A stretch of 32,000 nucleotides of DNA. Origin: Caedibacter taeniospiralis. GTDB lineage: Bacteria; Pseudomonadota; Gammaproteobacteria; Francisellales; Francisellaceae. The notes below the pieces were generated by a model, which was not told where the DNA came from, did no database searches, and saw nothing but the letters and a program-made list of their open reading frames with translations. How positions within the stretch are numbered: position 1 is the stretch's first letter; each line of letters starts with the position of its first letter. Positions 19,411-27,628 of the stretch are shown here, one piece after another. The translations under genes and the position numbers were made by a program. The DNA lies in NCBI RefSeq assembly GCF_002803295.2, contig NZ_PGGB02000014.1, positions 2,551 through 34,550 on the forward strand. The letters are read 5' to 3'.

Positions 19411-20730
19411 TTATCTTCCAATAGAAATATACTCAATGCCAAGTTGCTGCATTCTTGCCTTGTCATATAGATTGCGACCATCGAAGATAATCGGCTTTGT
19501 CAAACGTGCGGTTATTGTGCTGAAATCGGGACTCCTAAAGCTTTGCCATTCGGTGACGATAAACAAGGCATCCGCACCGTAAAGCGCATGATAAGCTTCA
19601 TCAACGAGCTCATAATCGTCGCGCTCGCCATATAGCTTAGCGAAGTTCTCCATGGCTTCAGGATCATAGGCTTTAACCTTAACACCATTTTTCCACAGCG
19701 TTTCAATGAGTGTGCGCGCAGATGCCTCACGAATGTCATCGGTATTTGGCTTAAACGCAAGCCCCCAGACGGCCACTGTTTTTCCCTGGATCTCACCATT
19801 AAAGTAATCATTAAATTTGGTGAACAGCACCTCTTTTTGCGCATCATTGACATCGTGTACGGCCTGCAAAATACGTGCATTATAACCGTATTCACGCGAT
19901 GTCTGCCCAAGGGCTCGTACATCCTTTGGAAAACACGAGCCACCATAACCACAACCTGCGTAAATAAAGTGATAGCCAATGCGTCTGTCCGCACCGATAC
20001 CGATGCGCACTTTTTCAATATCCGCACCCACGCGCTCCGCGATTTGACTCATTTCATTCATAAAACTGATTTTGGTTGCGAGCATTGCATTGGCGACATA
20101 TTTTGTCATTTCTGCAGATCTTACATCCATAATCATCAACCGATTCTGGTTAGGATCAAAAGGAGCATAAAGCTCACGCATCACATCGGCTGCGCGTTCA
20201 GAGTTTGCGCCAACTACGATACGATCTGGGTGCATACAATCACTAATTGCATCACCTTCCTTTAAAAACTCAGGATTGGAGACTACATCAAACTCAAAAT
20301 CAACGCCCCTAAGTTTTAGGGCGTTTGCAATGGTCTCCGTCACTTTATACTCGGTGCCAACCGGTACCGTTGATTTATTGACGATCACTTTATATTCATT
20401 CATATATTCGGCAACAGTCATGGCAACCTGTAACACATATTGCAGATCTGCCGAGCCATCTTCGTCAGGTGGGGTGCCTACGGCAATAAATATCACTTGC
20501 GCATCCTTTATTGCCTGCCTTGGCTCAGTAGTGAAACTGATCCTGTCATTGGCAACATTCCGTTTTATCAGGTCATCTAATCCTGGTTCATAAATAGGCG
20601 AGATCCCTTGTTTAAGATTTTCTACCTTTTGCCTATCCACATCAACACAACAAACATGATTTCCCATTGCGGCAAAACACGTCCCTGTCACAAGCCCTAC
20701 GTAGCCTGTACCGAAAATCGCAATCTTCAT
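19411..20730 (-). CDS. UDP-glucose 6-dehydrogenase
   Basis: MKIAIFGTGYVGLVTGTCFAAMGNHVCCVDVD, FVSNPEFLKEGDAISDCMHPDRIVVG and GCGYGGSCFPKDVRAL motifs. Confidence 0.96.
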   Translation of the reverse strand: MKIAIFGTGYVGLVTGTCFAAMGNHVCCVDVDRQKVENLKQGISPIYEPGLDDLIKRNVANDRISFTTEPRQAIKDAQVIFIAVGTPPDEDGSADLQYVLQVAMTVAEYMNEYKVIVNKSTVPVGTEYKVTETIANALKLRGVDFEFDVVSNPEFLKEGDAISDCMHPDRIVVGANSERAADVMRELYAPFDPNQNRLMIMDVRSAEMTKYVANAMLATKISFMNEMSQIAERVGADIEKVRIGIGADRRIGYHFIYAGCGYGGSCFPKDVRALGQTSREYGYNARILQAVHDVNDAQKEVLFTKFNDYFNGEIQGKTVAVWGLAFKPNTDDIREASARTLIETLWKNGVKVKAYDPEAMENFAKLYGERDDYELVDEAYHALYGADALFIVTEWQSFRSPDFSTITARLTKPIIFDGRNLYDKARMQQLGIEYISIGR

Positions 20731-21054
20731 AAAATCTCACTTTTAGCTGCTAAAACCACCGCCGATCATATCAGAAATAATGGGCAAATTCAGCGAATAT
20801 TATTTTTAAACGCCAGAGCCTGTGGGCTTTTTTATGTTGTGTCGGTATAGGTAACATTTCCCTGTGCCAGCGCTTTTCATTGCATCACAAGGAATATGAT
20901 CGACGCTGAATTCTTTATCTTTTTATGATTGATGAAACTAAAAGGTTTTGCTTTTTTTGTATATATGCGAGAAATTCATTAGTGAAGGATTATATTTTAT
21001 GATATAAAAGCGCCCTGAATTAAGAACTAACTTATTAATGGAGGCTATATAACT

Positions 21055-21468
21055 ATGCTGACAGAAAAAGAACTGCTAAACATGCCCGAAGAAGCATATA
21101 TGAATGACGAACAGTTGGCTTTTTTTAAGGATCTCCTACTTCAGCAAAAGCAAGAGTTAAACGAAGCCATTGAGGATGCCAAAAAGAGTCTGGCTGAGTC
21201 CGAACGCAACACCGATTTAAATGATGTTGCTACCTCGCAAGAGATGCAACAAATCTACCTGCGTACTGTTGATCGCCAGAGCAAATTGCTGCGGAAAGTC
21301 AACGAGTCACTCAAACACATTGAAAATGGCGAATATGGTTATTGTGAGCTCACAGGAGAACCCATCGGCGTGCAACGCCTGCTAGCGCGTCCCACGGCGA
21401 CTTTATCGGTACAGGCAAAAGAGATTCAAGAGCATCAGGAAAAAACGCAAGGCATTATCAAAGCCTAA
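21055..21468 (+). CDS. dksA: DksA/TraR-family RNA polymerase-binding protein, degenerate zinc site
   Basis: DVATSQEMQQIYLRTVDRQSKLLRKVNESLKHIENGEYGYCELTGEPIGVQRLLARPTATLSVQAKEIQE. Confidence 0.9.
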   Translation: MLTEKELLNMPEEAYMNDEQLAFFKDLLLQQKQELNEAIEDAKKSLAESERNTDLNDVATSQEMQQIYLRTVDRQSKLLRKVNESLKHIENGEYGYCELTGEPIGVQRLLARPTATLSVQAKEIQEHQEKTQGIIKA

Positions 21469-21650
21469 TTTTTACCCTCTTTGGATGGGTGATCACCCTG
21501 ATTGGCGATATGGTTTGGATTATCGCTGATCTTTTTGTATTTACTCCTTTCAATCTTATCATCAACGTACAAAGTAAAACGATACCCCACATACATTGAA
21601 ATCGCTAACATAATCATAATCGTGATATACCACATTGCTTGTTCCTTCAT
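21465..21650 (-). CDS. Small single-TM protein, possibly CydX-like cytochrome bd accessory
   Basis: MKEQAMWYITIMIMLAISMYVGYRFTLYVDDKIERSK... It has a membrane-spanning N-terminus and lies downstream of cydA and the cydB-like fragment on the same strand. Confidence 0.4.
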   Translation of the reverse strand: MKEQAMWYITIMIMLAISMYVGYRFTLYVDDKIERSKYKKISDNPNHIANQGDHPSKEGKN

Positions 21651-21656
21651 ATCTAA

Positions 21657-21793
21657 CTAAAAAATAGGGTCGTTTTTTTCTAAGTCAGCCTTGCTTAATC
21701 TGGCTTTTCCTCGCCAGGTTGTTGCGTAGAGGATGAGCACTAAACAATAATCGCCCACCAGATAAGCTGAAGCGTCATATAATCAAACAGCAT
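21657..21793 (-). pseudogene. cydB: Collapsed cydB remnant (N-terminal and putative C-terminal pieces)
   Basis: AAGGAGGACGTTAATG leads to MLFDYMTLQLIWWAIIV* (21793-21740), like a CydB N-terminus. The next frame immediately continues as VLILYATTWRGKARLSKADLEKNDPIF* (21740-21657). No full cydB is present. Confidence 0.5.
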
Positions 21794-23375
21794 TAACGTC
21801 CTCCTTATAGTCATAGCGACCATTACCAAGGGATTTAGGACCTTTTCTCGCCACTTTAAACATGATAATCAACTCAATAATAAACAAACCAACATACAGC
21901 AGAGCAAAAAAGGCAAGACTTACAACAATATTCCACGACGCCAGCGTCGAGACACCAAGACTCGTGGGGAGTATGCCATGCAGCACCCACGGTTGACGCC
22001 CCATTTCAGCTATAATCCAGCCTGCCTCAGCAGCAATATAAGGTAATGGAATTGCCAACATAGCCAACCACAAGAACCAGCGGTAATTTAATAAAGTTCT
22101 TCGTAAGAGATGCACCGTTCCAAAAGTCATCACAAAAAAAACGATTGCCCAACAGGTCAGCATCACTCTAAAGCTCCAATACAAAGGCCAAACTTGAGGA
22201 ATCGTATCTTTCACGGCTTTACTTACTTCAGCACGACTTGCGTTATAAGGATCTGTAGCATGAGTTTGTAGTATAAACGCATAACCAATGTTGTCGCGGT
22301 ACTTTTTAGTTTCCTGATTTGCAGGATCAAAAATATCAAAGTCTGCAGCAACGCCATGACCACTTCTAATGCGCTCTAATGCTTTTAACGCAACAAGACC
22401 ATCGTAAATACGCTCCTTATTTTCACGCATGATGGGTTTTAATCCCTGAACGGTTGTACTTAAACTATGTCCCGTAATTAAGCTTAACATCCATGGAACT
22501 TCAATCTCAAAATAATTTCTCTCATCAGTCTGTGAAGGAAATGACACCGCCGACCAGGCAGCAGGAGCTTTTTGCGTTTCCCACTGCCCTTCTATCGCCG
22601 CCATTTTAGCGGGTTCGTATTTATCCACAGCAAGCCCATTGGCATCACCTAAAAAGAAAATAAAGATCGAAGAACATAAGCCAAAACCAAGACCCACGGC
22701 AAGTGAGCGCAGGGCAAAACCTGTGTTACGCTTACGCAACAAATACCAGGCACTAATTCCCACAACAAAAGCCGCTGCAATAAGGTAACCCGCAAAAGCC
22801 ACATGTCCAATGCGAATTTGCGCCAGCTCCTGCATGTAAAGCTCAACAAAGCTTGTCAACTGCATCTGCATGGTTTCTGGATTCAAAAAAGTCCCAACGG
22901 GGTGTTGCATCCAGCTGTTGGCTACTAAGATATTAACGATGGATAAATTAGTTCCTAGTGCCAGGAAAAAAGTAATCAGCAAATGGGTTTTTTTACTCAC
23001 CTTATCCCAGGTAAAAAAGAATAAACCAAATAAAGTTGCCTCCGTCATAAAGGCAGTTAAGCCCTCGATGGCAAGCACTGTACCAAAACTCTCGCCAATA
23101 AAGCGCGAAAAATAAGCCCAGTTTAAACCAAACTCAAATTCCATGGTAATTCCCGTAACCAGCCCCATGGCAAAGTTAATTGCGAAGAGCTTCCCCCAGA
23201 ACTTCACCATATCTTGGTAAAGTTGCTTGCCCGTTTTGAGGTATGCTGCTTCCATAATGAATAAAATCCATGATAATCCCAAGGTTAATGGGACAAACAC
23301 AAAATGGAAAATAGCAGTAAATGCAAACTGACTACGCGATAAATCGACAAACAGTTGCGTCATATCCATGCCCAC
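21783..23375 (-). CDS. cydA: Cytochrome bd ubiquinol oxidase subunit I
   Basis: LSRSQFAFTAIFHFVFVPLTLGLSW, WMQHPVGTFLNPETMQM, YWSFRVML, GWIIAEMGRQPW; full length at 530 aa. Confidence 0.95.
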   Translation of the reverse strand: MGMDMTQLFVDLSRSQFAFTAIFHFVFVPLTLGLSWILFIMEAAYLKTGKQLYQDMVKFWGKLFAINFAMGLVTGITMEFEFGLNWAYFSRFIGESFGTVLAIEGLTAFMTEATLFGLFFFTWDKVSKKTHLLITFFLALGTNLSIVNILVANSWMQHPVGTFLNPETMQMQLTSFVELYMQELAQIRIGHVAFAGYLIAAAFVVGISAWYLLRKRNTGFALRSLAVGLGFGLCSSIFIFFLGDANGLAVDKYEPAKMAAIEGQWETQKAPAAWSAVSFPSQTDERNYFEIEVPWMLSLITGHSLSTTVQGLKPIMRENKERIYDGLVALKALERIRSGHGVAADFDIFDPANQETKKYRDNIGYAFILQTHATDPYNASRAEVSKAVKDTIPQVWPLYWSFRVMLTCWAIVFFVMTFGTVHLLRRTLLNYRWFLWLAMLAIPLPYIAAEAGWIIAEMGRQPWVLHGILPTSLGVSTLASWNIVVSLAFFALLYVGLFIIELIIMFKVARKGPKSLGNGRYDYKEDVNAV

Positions 23376-23471
23376 CCCCAGATTTAATAAAGTATAAGGT
23401 ATGATTACTGCCGAGATTGTAGAGAGTTCTGAAGTGATTGCAATAATACCAGCAATTTAATCTCTTATCGC

Positions 23472-23505
23472 TATACCCATCGTAAAATAGTTTGCGATGG
23501 GTATA
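23472..23505. other. Perfect 11-bp stem-loop
   Basis: tatacccatcg-taaaatagtttg-cgatgggtata. Confidence 0.6.
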
Positions 23506-23542
23506 AGACACACCTGATTGGTGCATAATCTATTGAGCAGGG

Positions 23543-23971
23543 TTAGACCATATCTATGCGCATTTCTTTAGCAATCTTATCTAATAAGCCATTGACAAAA
23601 CGGTGTCCTTCCTCGGTTCCCAGTTCTTTTGCCTGATCTACATACTCATTTAAAACGACCTGATAGGGAATATCCAGGCAATCGATTAACTCATACGTAC
23701 CTAGACGCAGGATAGCTAGATCAATGAGATTGATTGATGCCAGGTCATTAGTAGCGTAGTGATTGATTTTATGATCAATCAGCACTTTATTTTTATCAAC
23801 ACCATCCAAAAGACGATAGAAGAAGTCCCATTCCACCAGGTGTCGCTCAACATTATCTGCGTAAAACTGAAGCTTCAACTCATTGATGCTGGTATGCGCC
23901 ACTGCCTGCTGATACAGTGCCTGTACCGCATGAAAACGAGCACGCCTGCGCTCTTTAAATTTTAATGACAT
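23543..23971 (-). CDS. nusB: Transcription antitermination factor NusB
   Basis: KERRRARFHAVQALYQQ...IDLAILRLGTYEL...IPYQVVLNEYVDQAKELGTEEGHRFVNGLLDKIAKE. The start is likely the internal MSLKFKERRRARFHAV at 23971 rather than 24025. Confidence 0.93.
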   Translation of the reverse strand: MSLKFKERRRARFHAVQALYQQAVAHTSINELKLQFYADNVERHLVEWDFFYRLLDGVDKNKVLIDHKINHYATNDLASINLIDLAILRLGTYELIDCLDIPYQVVLNEYVDQAKELGTEEGHRFVNGLLDKIAKEMRIDMV

Positions 23972-24077
23972 GATAAACCTTACAATACGCTCATTCGATG
24001 AAATACGGTCGCAGATTATACCCAATAGCCGATTAATGTGATAGTTATAATTATTTGTTTTTACTCAGTGTAGTTAT

Positions 24078-24728
24078 TCAGCTACGCCACATCCGCACAA
24101 CATGTCTTTTGGCATCTAGAAGTGGCACATCAACCTCGAATGCTTCGTTTTTCATTGGTACCTGAGCTAAGGCTTCTAGCTCAAGATCAGCTCCCTTCAT
24201 CGCAATCATTTGCCCATTTTGAGCCAGCAAGTGCTGACATAAGTGATAAAAATCATCAATTGAACTAAATGCCCGTGAAACAACGCTGTCAAAGGGTATT
24301 TCAGGTTGATAGTTTTCCACTCTGATATTAAGGACTATCACATTCTTCAAATCCAGCACCCTTTTAACATGCTTGAGAAAAAGTGTTTTTTTACCGACGC
24401 TATCCAGCAGCACAAAGGAAGTTTCTGGTAATAATATTGCTAATACAATTCCAGGTAAGCCACCACCGCTGCCTATATCTGCAACGTGTTTACCCTTGAT
24501 AAAAGAGACTACAGACATGCTATCAAAGATATGTTTGACCAACATTTCATCCCAACCCGTAATCGCCGTCAGATTGTAGGTTTTATTCCATTTTTTAAGC
24601 AATGACAGATACTCGAGTAATTGATTAATCTGCTCATCTGTCACCGTAAGATTAAACTTTTCCGCCACCTGGCGAACCTTTACCTTGCTATCATCAAGCA
24701 TATTATTTAAACAATCTAGTGTAATCAT
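24078..24728 (-). CDS. rsmG: 16S rRNA (guanine527-N7)-methyltransferase RsmG
   Basis: KWNKTYNLTAI, HIFDSMSVV, VADIGSGGGLPGIVLAIL and VVSRAFSSI motifs. Confidence 0.95.
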   Translation of the reverse strand: MITLDCLNNMLDDSKVKVRQVAEKFNLTVTDEQINQLLEYLSLLKKWNKTYNLTAITGWDEMLVKHIFDSMSVVSFIKGKHVADIGSGGGLPGIVLAILLPETSFVLLDSVGKKTLFLKHVKRVLDLKNVIVLNIRVENYQPEIPFDSVVSRAFSSIDDFYHLCQHLLAQNGQMIAMKGADLELEALAQVPMKNEAFEVDVPLLDAKRHVVRMWRS

Positions 24729-24793
24729 CTTGCCTTATTCGCCTTTCAGATTCTGACCATTGTTTGGAGTATACCACTCGTAAATCATCTCAG

Positions 24794-24815
24794 CTGACTA
24801 CTCAGGAGTAGTCAG
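24794..24815. other. Near-perfect palindrome
   Basis: ctgactactc-ag-gagtagtcag. Confidence 0.6.
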
Positions 24816-24834
24816 GTTTACGGGCAATAAATAC

Positions 24835-25116
24835 TTATAACCACCCACTCTTAGGTGCAACAGGCAGATAGAGCTTTTGTTCAGGACTGATTACGTCACC
24901 CTTTAAGTTGTTGAGTGACTTAATACAACTTTCCGTAGTGTTATTTGCTTTTGCAATTTTGCCTAAACTGTCACCTTTTTTCACTGTATAGGACTGTAAG
25001 GTTTGAGTCTGACAATATTGATCAGGGGTCAGGTAAACTGTCTTTGTCGCACAGCCCGCCAAAAACACACCCGCAACCATTAACGCACCCAAATGAATTA
25101 CTTTTTTCTTACTCAT
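24835..25116 (-). CDS. LysM-domain lipoprotein
   Basis: Lipobox VFLAGC, then QSYTVKKGDSLGKIAKANNTTESCIKSLNNLKGDVISPEQKLYLP. Confidence 0.85.
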   Translation of the reverse strand: MSKKKVIHLGALMVAGVFLAGCATKTVYLTPDQYCQTQTLQSYTVKKGDSLGKIAKANNTTESCIKSLNNLKGDVISPEQKLYLPVAPKSGWL

Positions 25117-25234
25117 CTTTTAACTCCTTTTGTATTGTTTACCACAGCGGCAATCGAAATTGTAACTTAGATTGAGCTAATTTCTCCAGCGAAACCGCAA
25201 ATCTTTACCCATCTTAATTGAATAGGCGAGAAAC

Positions 25235-25723
25235 TCACTCCAGGTTCACATCTTGTAACACGCTTTCAGTCTGGGTTTGACGATACTGCTTAATGGCTTT
25301 GTTATATCGCTGATCTTCGTTGGCTAACATGCAACAGGCGAAAATGGCTGCGTTGACTGCCCCTGCGCGTCCTATGGCAAAAGTTGCCACAGGAACTCCC
25401 GCAGGCATTTGCACAATCGATAATAACGAATCCTGACCCGATAATGCTTTGGATTGCACAGGCACTCCCAGTACGGGAATGTGAGTTTTAGCCGCGAGCA
25501 TTCCAGGTAAATGTGCGGCTCCTCCTGCTCCTGCAATAATTGCCTTTAAACCTTTTGTTTCAGCCGCTTCAGCATATTGAAACAGCAAATCAGGAGTGCG
25601 ATGCGCGGAAACGACCTGTACCTCATAAGGGATGCCCAACTCACGCAATGTTTCGGTGGTGGACTTCATCGTTTCCCAGTCAGATTTAGACCCCATCACC
25701 ACACCCACTAATGTCTCACTCAT
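25235..25723 (-). CDS. purE: N5-carboxyaminoimidazole ribonucleotide mutase
   Basis: [40 protein letters not shown] and [25 protein letters not shown] motifs. Confidence 0.96.
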   Translation of the reverse strand: MSETLVGVVMGSKSDWETMKSTTETLRELGIPYEVQVVSAHRTPDLLFQYAEAAETKGLKAIIAGAGGAAHLPGMLAAKTHIPVLGVPVQSKALSGQDSLLSIVQMPAGVPVATFAIGRAGAVNAAIFACCMLANEDQRYNKAIKQYRQTQTESVLQDVNLE

Positions 25724-27628
25724 TTAAATCCCCTCTTTTTGTATCACGCGCAAAACCTGCGCACAAACCCATTCATAAATAAATCCAAAGCTATGCTTAC
25801 CCTTGTTACTAAAGCGCACGTGGAGTTCGTGTTCAAATGCTCTATTTCTCAAATAATCTTGAGCCTTAATGAGCAGGGAAAGATCATCAACCACAGCATC
25901 CGTTTTTTGCCAAAATTGGCTCATGCCGTTGGTTTGTAGTTGTAGACTGAGTTTTGGTTCAGCTGCACTGCTTGGCATCATATGCGCTAAATGGCTGTAA
26001 AGATAACCTTTGGTGACGTCTTTTTGCATATTGATGCTGACGACCCCTGATTGCAGATAGGGTTTAAGCAATTCGCTCGCGTGTTGCTTTGTCGTACTGA
26101 CTAAAAATGGTTCAACTACCTCTGTAATTGCCCTAGCAAGTCCGCTTAGATTTTGCACATTTTCCTCATGAAGCTTTACTTCAAGATAAGGATAAGCTGC
26201 GCGATAACCTAATTCAATTTGATACTCATCCGCCAATGGACGCAATAGCGCTGCAATATGCGCTTCAGAGGCACCCAATAGTTGCCACTGGTAGCGTGTC
26301 GGTTGCTTATTGGCGCATATTGACTTAAGTCTTGGCAGTACTTCTTTATCAAATAATGGTAAACATTCATGCGGAGGACCTGGCAACATAAACAGGTGTT
26401 TGTCATCGCCATGGATATAGCATCCATCCGCAGTACCATGTTCATTGATTAAAATTTCAGCACCCTGAGGGAAGTAAGCTTGTTTCCTGTTATTTTCAGG
26501 CACCGTCGTAAAGCGCTTAGAGATGCGGGCATAAATGCGCTGCCAAGAGGCGTCATGAAATTCTAAGGGCTTGTTAAAAACTGCTGCAATGGCTTCGCAG
26601 GTTTTATCATCCTCAGTTGGTCCAAGCCCGCCTACGGTAATGACAATCTTGTGCTCTTGCAGTAAAAACTGCAGGCTTGTTTTTAGTTTCTGCTTTTCAT
26701 CAAAACAAGCCAGGTGCATTCCCACGCTAAACCCTTGTGCATAAAGCGCTTCTGCTATCTTAGGAGTGTTGGTGTTAATCACATCTCCTGTGGTGATCTC
26801 ATCACCTGTGGCTAGGAAACCTATAGGTTTGGTTGTTGTGTGCAGTGGACTCATGCTGTCAATAAACACGCTATTAGCTCCTTCGGTTAGTAGGTCATGA
26901 ATTTCTTGATCTGTTAATACATTCATGGAGTATACCAAAATGGTTGAAAACGCTTGTTTCAACTGGGTGATACACTCAGAGGTAAGAGGTGTGTTGTTAA
27001 TCCCCAGTGCAATACAGCCCCAAGTATCAAATTTTGCTTTGATCGTTGAGAAAATATGACTCTCCTCTGTGACCCAATCTTTAACTTCAATCAAAAACTC
27101 ACGTGCAATTGCCATATTTGTCAATACGAGCCTCTCTAGTACATACTCCGAAAAACTTGAGAGTAAAATGCGATCATGCAGCTGTGGATACTCCGCCAAA
27201 AGTTTAAGCAGGCTTTCTAGCAAGCGCGATTCGTATTCTGCATCAAAATGTTTTCTCACTTTAATTTCAATATTGGTATACAAATCTGGTTTTTCTGCCA
27301 TCCATTCCAAGTAGCTTCGCATGCTCGGAATGCTTGCGTGAGCATCGGGAAAGCGCGCGCTTAGAACCTTAAGCTTTTGAATTTCCGCCCACCGCCAAAA
27401 GGTAATATCCTCATCGACACCTGTGAGTTTTTTCGCGTTATTATCATGGAAAATAAACAGCACATTATCGGCGCTTAGCTGCACGTCAAGCTCAATCCAT
27501 CGTGCGCGAGCTTCATAGGCTTTTTTAAAGGCGATCATCGTATTCTCTGGAGCTATCTGGTTTGCTCCACGATGGGCAATAAATGGATTAATCTTCACCT
27601 TTTGTGCGCTCCAGCTCGGCGTGTTCAA
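25724..27628 (-). CDS. Fusion protein: glycerophosphodiester phosphodiesterase domain (about residues 1-267) plus CinA/MoCF-like domain (about 268 onward)
   Basis: GDPD: FIAHRGANQIAPENTMIAFKKAYEARARWIELDVQLSADNVLFIFHD. CinA-like: IGFLATGDEITTGDVINTNTPKIAEAL...VITVGGLGPTEDDKTCEAIA...LFMLPGPPHECLPLF. One uninterrupted frame. Confidence 0.88.
   Translation of the reverse strand: MNTPSWSAQKVKINPFIAHRGANQIAPENTMIAFKKAYEARARWIELDVQLSADNVLFIFHDNNAKKLTGVDEDITFWRWAEIQKLKVLSARFPDAHASIPSMRSYLEWMAEKPDLYTNIEIKVRKHFDAEYESRLLESLLKLLAEYPQLHDRILLSSFSEYVLERLVLTNMAIAREFLIEVKDWVTEESHIFSTIKAKFDTWGCIALGINNTPLTSECITQLKQAFSTILVYSMNVLTDQEIHDLLTEGANSVFIDSMSPLHTTTKPIGFLATGDEITTGDVINTNTPKIAEALYAQGFSVGMHLACFDEKQKLKTSLQFLLQEHKIVITVGGLGPTEDDKTCEAIAAVFNKPLEFHDASWQRIYARISKRFTTVPENNRKQAYFPQGAEILINEHGTADGCYIHGDDKHLFMLPGPPHECLPLFDKEVLPRLKSICANKQPTRYQWQLLGASEAHIAALLRPLADEYQIELGYRAAYPYLEVKLHEENVQNLSGLARAITEVVEPFLVSTTKQHASELLKPYLQSGVVSINMQKDVTKGYLYSHLAHMMPSSAAEPKLSLQLQTNGMSQFWQKTDAVVDDLSLLIKAQDYLRNRAFEHELHVRFSNKGKHSFGFIYEWVCAQVLRVIQKEGI

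Noticed and set aside
19512-20027. 171 aa minus-strand ORF and neighbouring ORFs in ugd
   Set aside because: Out-of-frame shadow ORFs within the clearly coding UDP-glucose dehydrogenase gene.
20815-20831. agcc-tgtg-ggct followed by T-run, a possible orphan plus-strand terminator or sRNA end
   Set aside because: Only a 4-bp strong stem and no upstream plus-strand gene or promoter I could defend.
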